This document shows positions 45,521-61,711 of a stretch of DNA of 64,000 bases, piece by piece. The position numbers and the translations under genes were made by a program. Numbering within the stretch: the stretch's first letter is position 1; every line of letters begins with the position of its first letter. The stretch covers positions 335,172,001 to 335,236,000 of the forward strand of contig OZ024743.1 of the NCBI GenBank assembly GCA_964016885.1. Direction: 5' to 3'. The stretch comes from Eledone cirrhosa. Taxonomy: Eukaryota. The notes beneath the pieces are model-generated. The model was given only the letters and a program-made list of their open reading frames with translations, had not been told where the DNA came from and did not search any database.

Positions 45521-46829
45521 GTATTATTACATGGAACTCTTTGATTCCTTCATATCCTTAAACCGGATAAGAAATTAACTGCGTAATAAAGCCAATAAAT
45601 TTGTGTATTTGTCGTATAATTAGACTGTATATAATGTTCCTCTGTTGAAATCTATGATTATAGTACCTCAGCATCTCTTCATTGATAATCTGGTCATAGA
45701 AAATTATTGATCAATGGCAGCAATATTTGGATCACAATTAACCTAAGATTTACGTCTGAGCGTTTCCGTTCAGAGAAAATATATAACCATCATTTACCTC
45801 CATTAATATTCACAAGAAACACATTCAATGAAACGCTGTGGATGTGACGCCCATAATCTAAATACATGCTGCTACGTGTAATAGAATCAAAACGAGAATC
45901 TTAGCAAGAAAGTTAATCATACAGTTGTATTAGTTTGGAAAATAGTAAAGAACTAGGCATATGAACTATTAGTATAGTATTTGTTTGTGTATTGCTGCTG
46001 TTAATATTAGTATTATTAAAACTTTATCGCTAAAACAACAAACACACAGACACACGTACTCACATGTATATTGACAAATGTGTGAAATCCTTGGTACAGT
46101 TAGGTATATTTGAAAAAAGGAAAAGAATGACTTCAAGGGCGCTATATTGACATACGGTGCTTTCTGAACACCTTTTAAAGCCTGGCAGAGAGCATATATA
46201 TATATTCTCGTATCGTATTGTTCTGTAACTCCTGATAGGATACTGAAGCGGTTGGCGATAGGGCTCGCAAATGTGATGTTGTAGTGTAATAACTCCCGAG
46301 ATGACAGGGTGGGCTACTCCGCGACCAAGGAGCAATAGGACATTCCATGTAGCAACACAAATTTCACGGCACAAATCAATATCTTGTTGGTGAAGGGCAA
46401 AACAAGGGTCGTTTCCTACATTGGGCAGTCTAGTTTCATATTGATTTAATTTTATATCCACCAAATCATAATATTATAAAATTAAATTGAATAAAATTGT
46501 TTAGAATTACAAGTGAAGTCATTATTTTTCTTTTTTAAAATATATATGTATATATACATACATACAAACACACACACACACATATATATACCAAACGACC
46601 AGCCCTGTCCATTGTTCAATTGGTCAAATATAGATTAAAATAGGCACTCCCAAAAATTCATATTTAGATAAAATAAGCCATATACTCATTGTATTCTCAT
46701 TAAAAACCTTCTATATACTTGTTTACCAGCAAATTGAATTGCCCTCTGTCATATACTATCCCCTCTCTTCTTCCTTTCTTACAACTAATATAAATACTTC
46801 AATGTTTCTGATTTTTTCCAATTTATCCA

Positions 46830-46950
46830 ATATATCTGAAGAAGTGACAACTGATTATACATTTGCTATCGAATACTTGCTAACATTATATGATTACGCA
46901 AGCAGCGATACATAGGTATTCCGTCTGTTACAGAAACATATGTCAATACC
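46830..46950 (+). ncRNA. Hammerhead candidate with a ~90-nt stem II
   Basis: CTGAAGA a gtgaca...tgttac a GAAAC atat GTC; stem I is weak; ~50 nt upstream of a TA tract. Confidence 0.45.
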
Positions 46951-46989
46951 TAATAAATTCCTTTATAAAAGCACTTTCATTTTATATTC

Positions 46990-49322
<2,333 letters not shown>

Positions 49323-49325
49323 GGT

Positions 49326-49570
49326 TGAATCAGTGATGCATCAAAACACAATTTATTATCATATTACATATGTTTCTCCGACGATCAGCTCAAGGCAGGA
49401 TCTATTACAGACCAAACCTGACTTGCATTCGCAAGGTCCTCAGATAATCGGATGAAATGCTTTGAAAGCGCAAAATATAAATTGTTTTGATGCATCACTG
49501 ATTCTTCGTTATCTATAATAATACACTCTGCTCTGCGCGAGTATGGAGTGCTCAAACGGTATACCGCCTA
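49326..49570. mobile_element. Second insertion of HHR family G, abutting the Tigger start codon
   Basis: Homologous to 42602-42922; minus-strand HHR at 49361-49447; short inverted arm gaatcagtgatgcatcaaaac. Confidence 0.75.
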
Positions 49571-50818
49571 CGGACACATTTATTGCAGCCATACAACAAC
49601 TATGTATATATATATATGTGTGTGGGAGTGTGTCTGTGTGTGTCCGTTTGTAAGAACAGGTTTATACCTCGAAGAACCAAGTACTATGGTAAACATATTT
49701 TACATTTATGCATCTATACTCACAGACTATGGTAATGTTCATAGAGCCTAATGCAAACACACACGTGACTTCATACATGTTTATATTATGTCACATACAT
49801 AGACAAGTATACAGCTGCTATCAACATATATACGTGACTACCTGTAAACATACTACATGCATGTTCACACTCATTTTGTATTAATGGTTTTTATACGTGA
49901 GTACTAGAAAACATACTACATACATGTATACACTCATTTCATATCAATATTACCAGCTTTATGGTGAATCGCAACATGTCTCAAAGTGGTGAAACATCTA
50001 CACTTAGTCCTCTTTCAGCATTGTGGCCTAAAAGCTATGAGCTTCTCCCTTCTCTCGCAGTTCTTTTTCATGTTGTACTGCAAGGGTAGGGACGAGCCCT
50101 TAGCCATTAGGCCCCAGAGGTGAAGTGCTACTTGGCAAATCCAATGGTTATTCAAATCAACTGCTTTATGCAAAGAAAACGGAATCAAAATGAGAGAAGC
50201 AAATATATATTTTTAATAAACCGATTGACTGCAGCTTTACGTCCATGCGAAACATTAAAACACTGACCTTAGGTCAACGAGATAATACACACAACTACAT
50301 TAATGAGATAATAATATATACGTACGAAAATAATATACACAATTATATAAACAAACACTTGTATATGTATACAGATACATATATATATATATCTACGTAC
50401 AATATCTAATATACTTATAAAAAGGACGTCTGTTTGTATGGTTGTACTTTGACCCCTAATAATTAATGATTTTCATGTGTCTTCAACTAACCTGACCTCC
50501 GACATGCCCACCTGTGACTGTCTTTTCTAAAACGGAATAGAGGGGAGTGTGAGGTGCGGGAGAATATACTGCACTTTCTAGTACACCGGTACTCTTATTT
50601 ATAATCTATAATGTAATACCACATATGTCCGTCCGTTCGTCAGGCTATCTATAAATAGAGATGGGAATCCTACACAAACTTTCACTAATTCCAGCCCCAA
50701 TCTCTAACTAACTAAAATGAAATGTGCGAAGAAACAAAACGGATACAGAGGTTTTTGGGGGTGTGTGGTTACTTGTATGTGTGTGTCTGTGTATTTCTCT
50801 GTGTGTGTGTGTGTGTGT

Positions 50819-50887
<69 letters not shown>

Positions 50888-50940
50888 TCTCTCTCTCCAA
50901 CAACGCAACACAGACTTAAAAAATAAAAAAAGACTTTCAG

Positions 50941-51109
50941 TATAATTGTTTCTATTTTAGGCACAAGGCCAGCAATCACCCAGTACATTACTGGTACTTT
51001 ATTTTATCGACCCCGTAAGGATGAAAGGCAAAGTTAACCTCGGCGGGATTCGAACTCAGATCATAAAGGGACGTAACTCTATGCTTCAAAGCATGGTGTC
51101 CGACTCTCT
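50941..51109 (-). mobile_element. SINE with 12-bp TSD
   Basis: aaaagactttca at 50928-50939 and 51110-51121. Confidence 0.85.
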
Positions 51110-51849
51110 AAAAGACTTTCACTATAATGACAGGTGATTGTTGTTGTTGTTATTGTTTTTGTCAATAAGAGAAATAGAGAAGGAGAATGAGAGAGAGCGG
51201 AGTTTTATTTGTGGTGATTGTGTGTGTATCTTTTTGTATGTCCTACATATAGCACATATAAAAAGGGAGTTTGTTTCTGTGTACATTGACCGCTAAAAAC
51301 GCTAAATTGAATCGGTAATTTTCAACCTGTCTGACCAGCGACATGCTAGCAAATGACCTTTTCTCGGAAGGGGGGGGGGGGGTACAGAGAGAGGCCCCTC
51401 GGATTTTTCCCTCCTCGGAGATTTCTACAGTGAAAATGCTTTTTGTTTTCTTTTTTAGTAATTTTCCGAAAGCGGAAGTGCGGAGGCAGGGGATCTCCCT
51501 CGGGGTTACTGATAAAGACTTGGGGATCGGGAAGAATATTTTCTTCCTCGTTTTTCTGTGCGTTTTCAACTAATTTGACTTTTGACATGTTCCCAATCGT
51601 CTTATTTTCAGAAAACGAAATTGGAGCCGGACCTTCGGATTTTCCCAGCCTCGGACATATCTTCAATAGGAATAACAGAGGCGGAAGAGACCCTCAGTGT
51701 TACAAATAAGAGCCTCTCAGCCTTTTAAATTTATAGAAAATCAAACCCTTGATACTGAAGGATATTATATCGTTCATCATTTTGTACTATTGTGGAAAGC
51801 GTTGTAAACTTAATTAATCTAGTGTTCCTGAATTTCGAAATCCACAATT

Positions 51850-52330
51850 CCAATGAGGAGTGGCTGTATGAAAGAGCAATCCTTGTCTGCCACCACATCA
51901 CAGTGAATAAAATCAACAGAAGATTCTCACAAATGATCCTTGGAAGTAGCCAGACATAAATCTATCGACAAAGTTGTCGATGAGGACAAAGCTGTTCATT
52001 ATCATGTTAAATCTATTTCTCAACAGTCTGGAAGCATCCGTTATACTGTACACATCCTTGAATAGAAAAGGAGCAGACATGTTTCTTCTCAGAAACCTAG
52101 ATCAATCATGATTGTGCAATGGTATGTGTATTGTCACGACCGGACAACGGGCTCACATTATCGAACCCAAATTCCTCACTGGCACTGGTAAGGGAGACAT
52201 CGTATTTCTGCCCAGAATACCGGTAATAGCAACAGATGCTCCATTTTGGTTCACACGATTCTAATTCCAAGTTCAGTTACGCAATGACCATTAACAAGTC
52301 ACATGGTCAAACACTACAGGTTGTGGGTCC
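51850..52330 (+). mobile_element. Helitron Pif1-like helicase fragment (decayed)
   Basis: Pieces across frames: WLYERAIL, SIDKVVDED, FLNSL, LLRNLD...LCNG, TGTGKGDIVFLPRIP, AMTINKSHGQTL. Confidence 0.85.
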
Positions 52331-52379
52331 CTCTCTACAAGAGGATTGTAAACATACCCCTACTACCATCACTTCTTTT

Positions 52380-52735
52380 TCTTCTTCTTGAACGGGTCGT
52401 AGGGGCACAGTCCTCAACCACTCCTTCCAGCGGTTCCTGCCAGAGGCAACCATCTCCAACTGATCTGGCTGGATCCCTAAGGGAGACTAGCCTAGCTCCG
52501 TGGGTCTCCTGCTGTTTTGTTTTACCCGCAAACTTTGTCCAGCGATTCTTTCCTGAGACATTCTAACATTCTAAACGCATGTCCATAGTATCGAAGCTGT
52601 GATCTCTCATTTCGTAGAAGTAGTGGTTCAACTTGGAGTGATTCTCTTATCTCCTAGTTACGCACTTTATCGAGTACCGTTACTCTAAAGACCCTTCGGG
52701 GGAAACCCATTTCGCCTGCTTGTGTTCGCAATCGT
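52380..52735 (-). mobile_element. RTE LINE 3' fragment
   Basis: Homologous to the RTE copies at 39900-40290 and 53560-53920. Confidence 0.7.
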
Positions 52736-53324
52736 AATAAATCTAACAGCCTAACTGTTGACCTTTCCTGAACAGAAGAAAGTATATATCAATTAATATC
52801 AGGTAATGTGGCCTATTTTCGCTCGCAGAAAATTAAGTGCGTATTTTTGACTCAAGAATAAGTAGAAGTAGAAGCAAATTTAAACTGATGATTTATTAGC
52901 TTTTCCATTAGCTTCTCCATTAAATAATGCTTGGTGTAAATTACACATAATTCTACTGCACACAACATAAATTCTAGACCAGTAGTTAACAGGAAAAGCA
53001 CAGAATCACGGTTGGTAATTTTATCTTAAATACGAAGAAAGTTGGGTTGGGTAATAAAGAAAATGTTGGTGATGGAGAACAATTTTGATAATAAAAAGGA
53101 AAGGAGAGAGAAAACTCTATACCCTTAGAAGTATTGACAATGTGATTATTTTAGAGTAATAATAGATCATTACAGGTATCTTTTGATAAGTCCTGAAAAT
53201 CAAGAGTGACACACGGTATTGCATTTAAACCTAATAATAATTGTAGTATACTATGAACGAACTTCAATACAACGGGAATTATTTGAGAATATATAAATAC
53301 TACATTTATCAGTGCACTCAGCAT

Positions 53325-53925
53325 GTGAAGGAAGTTCCACTGGAGCAGGTGAAGAATTTCAAGTATCTCGGGGCCGAGTTCACAACTGATGGAATGCAGG
53401 ATGCTGAAATAATTGCAACACTTTCAGGAGCTGGTGCAGTAATGATCCAGCATTCGGTAATCAGGAGAAGGGAGGTAGGTGTAAAAGCCAAATTCGCTAT
53501 CTTCAATTCGGTATTCGTGCCAACCCTTACTTATTGTCATGAATCTTGGGTAATATCCGAATGTATACGATCGCGAATTCAAGAGACCTTTGGCGCAACG
53601 TTACTCGATAGAGTGCGTAGCTCGGAGATCAGAAAGTAAAACCAGGTAGAGCCGCTACTTCTCTGTATTAAGATATCGCAGCTCCGATACTATGGGCATG
53701 AGTTTAGAATGTCTCACGAAAGAAATGCCGGACAGTTGTTGCGAGCAAAATCAATCAACAGAAGACCCAGGTGTAGACCCCGAGCAAGATGGTTAGATCA
53801 CATCCATGGGCTTGGTTGGTCTCGCTTGGGGATCCAGCTGAATCAACTGGAGACTGTTGCTTCTGACAGGACCTGCTGGAAGGAGTGTTTGAGAATCAGT
53901 CCCCACGACACTTCTTTCTTCTTAT
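53325..53925 (+). mobile_element. RTE LINE 3' fragment
   Basis: VPLEQVKNFKYLGAEF...PTLTYCHESW...RRPRCRPRARWLD. Confidence 0.88.
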
Positions 53926-54041
53926 GAACCAGCAGTGAACTTGTCTAGACAGACAAGCGCCACAGGCTGCTATAACCTCGGTTCGATCGTCATCCTGCTA
54001 AAGTGGCAGCTGCGAGTAAACCATCAAAAAAAGAAATCAAG

Positions 54042-54191
54042 CATGAACTTAACCCTCTGTTATATAACAATGGCTCTGAAATACCCGAACAATGAAAGGC
54101 AAAGGACTTTGGTAATATTTACCAATATCCTTTGCCTTTCATTGTTCGGGTATTTCAGAACAATTGTTATATAACAGTGGGTTAAATTCAT
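54042..54191. repeat. ~150-bp near-perfect palindrome
   Basis: Arms pair around a centre at ~54116 (ttggtaatatttaccaa). Confidence 0.85.
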
Positions 54192-54259
54192 ATTTATATT
54201 AATATATTAACCCTTGATTTTTTTTTTAAGGTTTACTCGTAGATACCGAGACACGACTG

Positions 54260-54450
54260 AAGGCGGTGGATTGGCAGTGTCGGAAAGCATCAAACAATAT
54301 GCTTTGCGGCATAGAGTTAGGCTTAGATTTCAAATTCCCCCGAGGTTAGCTTTGCCTTTAATCCTTACGGGGTGGATAAAATACCAGTGATGCTTTAGGG
54401 TCGATTTAATCGAATTTCCCTTCCCAAACATTGAGCCGAAATCAGAAATC
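54260..54450 (+). mobile_element. tRNA-derived SINE
   Basis: Family head and core. Confidence 0.75.
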
Positions 54451-54719
54451 ATTATCTGAATCACGACTGCATGAAGATAACCAACTTGCAGAAAGGTCTC
54501 TCCTGGGGATACATTTTTCTGAAATGTTGTATAGGAAGATCAGAGAAGAAATGCTGGCGTTGCTTTTGCTATCAAAAATTCCACTCTCAGTTTTATTCAG
54601 GAATTTCCCGATGGTATTTCTTAATTCACCATTTTCTTTTATCTTCAACTAAAAAGCATATTCCTCGCCATACTAAACATCTACTCACCTACAATGTTAC
54701 ATTATAATGAATGTATTGA

Positions 54720-55090
54720 AAAACCTTTATCAGGAGCTTGGAAATCTGGTGTGAAATATGCCAAAGGAAAACCAACTAGTAACAATGCACAACTTTAATA
54801 CAAGGGCTGGAGTAGATCATGTAACATGGTCTGTCATAGGGAATCACAGTGCAGGATAATGTAATAAAAGCGGTTTATCTCTTCTCACTTTCTGTACAGA
54901 ACATCGACCAACAACTAGAAATACTTTCTCTAAGCAGAAGGAAAAGTACAAAACGTGTGAATGCAAACAAGATCTAAGCACTAGCATCTCATTGACTATG
55001 TTTTGGTACGCAATCAGATATGAAATATGTTCACAGTGTCCTACTTATGACAGAAGCGGAATGCTGGGCTGACTTAAGGCTAGTGGGGGA
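54720..55090 (+). mobile_element. RTE apurinic-endonuclease domain fragment
   Basis: NFNTRAG...VIGNH...CNKSGLSLLTFCTEH...NTF...HLIDYVLVR...AECWADLRLV. Confidence 0.8.
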
Positions 55091-55711
55091 ATGTTGAAAT
55101 GTTCTATTCAGTACAAAATTAGACAGGAAGGCTCTATCGTTTCAAAAAGAATTGACATAGCAAACTTATTTTAACTATTCTATTGCAAAATTTTCGAGAG
55201 GGGAAGATTAATTTTCCGATCCAGTCCAAAATTTATAAGGAAGGCTCTCACGTATCAAAAATCACTGACATAATATATTTTAAATCACATACTTTATTGC
55301 GAAGTTTTCGAGAAGGGAAGTGTAATTATTCAATTCTGTCCAGAATTAGCAGGAAGGCTCCGGCGTATCAAAGAGGATTGACACAGCAAACTAAATTAAT
55401 TTATTGCAAACCACTTAATTTATTGCAAGATGTTTGTGATGCAATAATAGGCATATCATTTCAACTTGAAAATCTATGGAAGAATTTCTAATTACAAATC
55501 TCTAATGTCGCATCTTTCACCTTGTGTTACATATCTAAGAAAGTAGTAGATTTGATTACTGACAATGGCTTGGAAATTAATAATCTTCACGAAAATCAAC
55601 AACGATTTAGTCTTTCTCGATTGGATAGCCGTTAACCCCCTGCCTGTTGTCAGATTTAGGTTTTCATCCCACAGTGTTTCCAAGCCAGCTTGACCGTCGA
55701 TCCAACCATGC

Positions 55712-55766
<55 letters not shown>

Positions 55767-55807
55767 CGAAACATAAGTCAATTGCATGAACTCATAATCC
55801 TTTATTT

Positions 55808-55864
55808 ACTTATCTATATATTTCGATGATAGCCATTGAATGGCTATTACCTCATCAGGCAGTT
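55808..55864 (-). ncRNA. Degenerate hammerhead candidate between TA tracts
   Basis: CTGATGA, long hairpin ggtaatagccatt/aatggctatcatc, GAAATATATA; stem I is poor. Confidence 0.4.
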
Positions 55865-55926
55865 AGTCAGTTCTTAGATATGCCAGCTCTGTGTTTATGG
55901 TGTTGATGGTATCAGAACCTTGGGAC

Positions 55927-55967
<41 letters not shown>

Positions 55968-56650
55968 GTGTGTGTAAGTGTATGTCGGTGTATGTGTATG
56001 TGCATGTGTGTGTGAGTATGTGTGTGTGTGTGTGTGTGTGTGCTGAATGTGCACACAGAAAAAAAAACATTTACATAAGAGGAATATACACCTGCTTCTT
56101 TATCTTTTCAGTCACACTACAAAAGTGAGAATTTGCGCATTATGGTGTAATTGCACTTGTAATGTCAGCTTGCGCAACATATTTGAGAAACTCTCTGTTC
56201 GTTAGATGTAGGTGAGGCGATAACAAAATAAATGTACAGGAAAATTTTCGGGTGTCTCGACTCGACCATAACAGGAAAAATAGATAAAAATATTTCGTCT
56301 AGAAATAAATAGATAACAACGCAACATTTAAAATGTGCAACATAACAACGCTAAAATACAAGAAAATTTATTTTTGACTTTCTTCAACACGTGGTTGGGT
56401 GGACTAGGTTAATAAAAGAGGTGTGTTCGCTACTGGATTTGAGAGATAAAATACATAGGGAGGAGCTAAAGAGGAGTAGAAGGAGGAAGACAAGAGAAAC
56501 ATACTCCTTTAGTAATTTTCTTTTAACATATGCACTTCAATCAATATTCTTACTTTTCATAGATATTGTTTCCTACAGATATGATATATGATATATCATT
56601 TGTATGTTTCCATCAGGTTTTGAGTTATCATTATTGTATATATATATATA

Positions 56651-56729
<79 letters not shown>

Positions 56730-56747
56730 GTTATTCCGGGTTGAATC

Positions 56748-56811
<64 letters not shown>

Positions 56812-56813
<2 letters not shown>

Positions 56814-57245
56814 AAGGCGGGTAAAATTCCCGAGATCCATGGACGAGTTCTCTCCAGCGGTCTCTGTCCCTCATTATCGCTGCCATATCCTGCATCTCCA
56901 ACAGACCAGTGTCTGTCCTTAGGGCATCAACACATGTTAACCTTGGTCTTCCTCTTCTAGTGTGTCCATGTAGGGGCTCCCAAAGGAGCACTGAGTGCAA
57001 TGTCAACTCTGGATGTCGGTGAGCATGTCCAGCCAACCTCAGTCTCCTCTGTGTCACTTTTGAGCTGACTTTTGGGATGCTCCCATACAGCTCTGAGTTT
57101 TTCATCCTCAGTGTATACTGATTAATGTTCAGAGCCATCCTCAGCATTCTCGTGTAGCACCCATCCACCATCTGAGTGAGTCTCTTGGTCAGTGTCCAAG
57201 TCTCAGACCCATACAGCAGCACAGACTCCACTACAGCAATGAAGT
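56812..57245 (-). mobile_element. RTE-type LINE 3' fragment inserted in (TA)n
   Basis: ESVLLYGSETWTLTK...DGCYTRMLR...RRLRLAGH...RGRP...DRDRWR. Confidence 0.88.
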
Positions 57246-57259
57246 ATATATATATATAT

Positions 57260-57888
57260 ATTTCGTTTCTGAATTTGTTTGGCAAGATTCTTTATCTGAA
57301 AACGTGTGTTGAAACCGATATACTTTGGGAGGGTCATGTTGCCAATAAGAAACACACGCACCAGTGTAATTTTCACTTCAATTTATTATAATAAATTTAT
57401 AAATTTAGGAATTTATAAATTTCCGGTTGGTTGGTTGGTTCCACAACCAGATGATTGATTATATATTGTCAAAGTTCTTTCGTGACACATTCTATGACCT
57501 CTTCAGTGACTGGGGATTATTTTCTTTGTTTTTGTGCCACTCCTTTGTTCTGTCCTACGCCATCTTGTCTTTGTGTGTGTTGTGTGCTTAGTTTGCGCAT
57601 GTATTACATCCGGGTGTCTGTGTGTGTTTATATTCGTTTATTTATTCGTTTATTTACATGTTACTAGTTGGTTGTTTGTTCTATGTGCATGTGTGTTTTC
57701 ATTTTGTCCTTAATTGTAAGTTGTGATGTTGCTGTTCCACTCATGTTTTCTATTTATTTGGTTGGAGTTCATTTATGTTTATTGCCTCTGTGATGTGTCT
57801 AAACATTGCGTCTTTTCTGTGTGTAGATACAATTTTTATTTCTATGTTCTCTAATTTACCCTTATGTTCTATTTTAGCATGTTGGTAG
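57260..57888 (-). mobile_element. PLE 3' fragment (GIY-YIG end plus pseudo-LTR with HHR)
   Basis: [31 protein letters not shown]; HHR at 57468-57510: gtca CTGAAGA...GAAAG aa CTT tgac; related to 58115-58700 and 63922-64000. Confidence 0.8.
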
Positions 57889-57913
57889 AGTATATATATA
57901 TATATACACATAC

Positions 57914-57945
<32 letters not shown>

Positions 57946-57958
57946 GTATGTATATATG

Positions 57959-58024
<66 letters not shown>

Positions 58025-58114
58025 TATATGTATATACATACATACATACATACATACATACATACATACATACATACATACATACATACATACATACATG
58101 TGTATATATATATA

Positions 58115-60945
58115 TAACGGCCAATGAATTAGTTTTGCGAGGTTTTTGATATGAAATCGTGTGTCGAAACAAATATTGTTATACTTAGGGAGGGTCATAT
58201 GTGTGTAATAATATTGCCAGAATTAATAACAGAACACACTCACTGTTTGGTTGGTTTTCGCTTTTCGCTCCTGTGTCCTTTATATCAGTAATTTAATTTA
58301 TTCGGTCCTCAATGTTGCCATTGACTGACCAACGGTCAAACATACAGATACAATATAGACACAAACACATATATATAGTTTATCAAAGTTCTTTCGTTGC
58401 ACTTCTGCAACATCGTCAGTGGTACTATTGTTTCCTCCCGTTGCATTGTATTTTCAACGCCATCTTTATTTAGTCTGTTTATATATATATATTTTTTTTT
58501 TGTCATCTTTGCGCATGCGTGTGTGTATATTGTTTTGTTTGATGTGTGTTCGTGATTGGGTGACTGTGTATTGGTTAATGTATTCTATCTTTACTAGTGT
58601 GTGTTTATATGTGTTTGTTGTTATTGTGTATGTGTATGTATTTATTTATCTACTTATTTATTTATTTATACTTCTTTTAGGTCAGTGTTGTTTGTTTAGG
58701 TGTTGTTATTCTATTCATTTTTTCTGTTTAGCCTTGGCCTTCTGAGTTCTATTTCACTGGCCTCTCTGATTTGCCTATCTGCTGGGTCATTTCTATGTTT
58801 AGATATTATTCTAATTTCTATATTGTCTATGTTACCGTCGTGTTGTTGTCTGGCAAGTTCGTATAGTACTGAACCGTTTTTTCGTCCTTTTAGTTCCCCC
58901 AGTGTTGGTCTATCCTTTCACCTATGCTACGAGCTGTCTCGCATATGTATGTTGTTGGCATGTCTCTGCAAGTACCCTCTGTACATCTTATGCTATAGAC
59001 TACGTTTCTGGTTTTACAGTTTATCTGGGGGTTTACTTTACATATAATACATTTCCTATTAGTAGAGTGGGTTTTCTTAAAAGGGTAGGTTTGCTGATCA
59101 GGGTTTTATGGTAGTTCCTGGCTTTTCTACCACCTTAATCTTTAAATGGGTCTTATCAGGACCTCTCTACACTGGTTAGCTAATTTCCCTCCAGGGGTAG
59201 CGTCCACAAACATGACACTCTGGTATCTCTTGTTGTCGTACCATGAGGTGGCTTTCCCTATCTTATGTCTAGCCCTCTCTAAGCTATTCCATGATTTGCT
59301 CCTGTAGAATGGGCAAATTCCTTTCATGTCCAGTTCTATGAAAGTCTTATACTTCTCCATGGCTCCTTCGTGTATGGGTTTAGCATAGTGTGAGTGGAGA
59401 ATTTGGGCTCTCGCGTCTATAGTGTTAATCCAGAGTTCTGTGTCTAATACAGGTAGTCTATTGTTATGGTGTTTGGAAGGGTAGTCGATAGTTACAGTTA
59501 TACTCTGGTGTATGGAATTAGCTATCTGCTGGATGCTTTCCATTGTGCTACGTTCTAAATCAAACTTGTTAGTGCTCTCTTGTGGGGATGTTCTTATAAC
59601 TATATTGATATCGTCTACGTGACGAGAGTACATGATGAGGTCTATGGAGCTCTCATTAAGGAGATATTTAAGTCTCCTTTCCCACCATACCATAAAAACG
59701 TTGGCAACGTCACCAGCTATGTTGACGCCAATGGCTGCTCCCTCATTTTGGATGTAGATCTTCTCGTTGAACTTGAATATGTGACCCTTTAGGATAGTTT
59801 TGATGCTAGCCCCTATTGCATGTGCGACCATTTTTCTTACCTGATCCTTGTTTTGGGGGGTCCGTATAGCTTTTGTCCACCCAATCCACTTTCCCATGGG
59901 AGTCTTTTTAGCCATTGAGGTTATGGGGGGGGGGTCTACCTCTTATGGGTCTACTAGGGCAGAACCGTCTAAGGTCATGGCTGTCTAGGTAGTCAGTGTC
60001 GTAGGTAAGTCTAAGTAGGAGGCCCAATTCGTCTGTGCCGACGTCGCAGAAATCCACCTCACTCTCAATGATCATCTCCACACATTTTTCCACAGAAAAA
60101 TCAATGTTAATGGATGGGTACAGTGATACCACATCCATGCTGCCTATTATGCAGTTGGATAGGTTCCTGTTTTTGTTGCACTCACTGATTCTGCTGAGGA
60201 GGTCCTCTGTACTGACACATACATCTGGATACATCTTGATTATGGGGCGTATAACCATTGAGAGGAAGTAGGAGATCCTGTAGTTGCTAGCTATATTTGC
60301 TCCGCATACAGGTCTTGTTGGTGGTCCTGTTGTCGGGTCGTCGACTGAGTTGTGGTCTTTGCGGAGCCCATACAAGGGTGGTATGCCATTGTTAGACACC
60401 TGGAAGTTGTTGGCAGTGCGTCTGCTTGTCTTTAGGATGTCGGTCCACATCATCATGTGAGCGTTGAGGATTTTCTCTCTCCCATCATGTATTTGCTGTG
60501 CCATTTCGCTCGTGTTGATGCTGTGGGGTTGCATAGCCTTGATGTAGTTCGGCATGCTATCTATTGAAATCTTACCAGACTTATCCGTGGGTAGGCATAC
60601 TACCTCGCCATCCCTTGTGCGCTGTTGGGCTAACCAAGCCTTCTACAGGTTTCCTCCCAAGTTGTTGGACCTCTGGTCTGCTCTGTCTCTTAGTAACCCG
60701 GTCTACTATTTGTCTAATCTTATTTCTAGCTATGGTGAACTGTGCCTCTGTCTCGTCATCTATTTGTTGTGGTATTCAAACTCTTTTGTTAAAGGGTAAC
60801 CTCGTAGGATAGATATTACCAATCTTATATGTTTTGTCAGCTGGGTTGAAGAATAGTTTCTCTACGGTTTTGTCATTATATCTATCGTCATAGTTGTGTG
60901 TGTTGATATTATTGTTATTATGTTGGTTGTTGTTGTTCCTATCAA
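58115..60945 (-). mobile_element. Penelope-like retroelement, RT plus GIY-YIG plus 3' pseudo-LTR with HHR, disrupted
   Basis: LYGLRKDH, TRPV, GSMDVVSLYPSI, QNEGAAIG, SRHVDD, LPVLD; CIICKVNPQINC, VVYSIRC...YICETARSIGER; HHR at 58381-58424. Confidence 0.92.
58381..58424 (-). ncRNA. Hammerhead ribozyme in the PLE pseudo-LTR (CUU triplet)
   Basis: tacca CTGACGA t gttgca gaag tgcaac GAAAG aa CTT tgata. Confidence 0.7.
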
Positions 60946-61370
60946 ACAACACTGACCTAAGAAAAGTATAAATGCATAAATAAATAGATAAATAAATAAA
61001 TACATACACAAGCACAATAACAACAAACACACACTAGTAAAGATAGAATACATTAAACCAATACACAGTCACCCAATCACGAACACACATCAAATAAAAC
61101 AGTATACAGACACGCAAGCGCATGCGCATAGAAGACAAAAAAACATATATATATATATAGTTAAAAGAATAGAGGTGTAACACACAAGTTATTATATATT
61201 GGTAAACGGAATAGAAAATGCTGACAAATTGTTCACAGTTGAAAAATGGTTTAATTAGGAATAAAAGAGTATTAGGAGTATTAGTAATTGTATGGGTTAA
61301 TATTCAGTTGTGGTTTTAAGTTTTTAAGTTTTTACTGTGAACAATTTGTCAGCATTTTCTATTCCGTTTA

Positions 61371-61425
<55 letters not shown>

Positions 61426-61711
61426 AGACTAAATAAAGATGGCGTAGAAAATACAATGCAACGGGTGGAAACAATAGCACCACTGACGATGTTGCAGATG
61501 TGCAACGAAAGAACTTTGATAAACTATATATATGTGTTTGTGTCTATATTGTATCTGTATTTTTACCGTTGGTCAGTCAATGGCAACATTGCGGACCGAA
61601 TAAATTAAATTACCAATATAAAATACACAGAAGCGAAAAGCGAAAACCAACCAAACAGTGAGTGTCTTCTGTTATTAATTCTGGCAGTATTACACAAATA
61701 TGACCCTCCCC
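60945..61711 (+). mobile_element. Inverted copy of the PLE pseudo-LTR at the 5' end, split by a nested insertion at 61158-61375
   Basis: Reverse complement of ~58190-58698; HHR at 61478-61521; nested element matches 21843 and has its own inverted tail. Confidence 0.85.

Noticed and set aside
45665-45745. AG...GT-bounded candidate exon on the minus strand
   Set aside because: Stop codons in all three frames.
50400-51720. Possible Helitron 5' ends and GC-richer internal region
   Set aside because: Only generic TC-start resemblance; no Rep motifs or 3' hairpin-CTAG could be tied to it.
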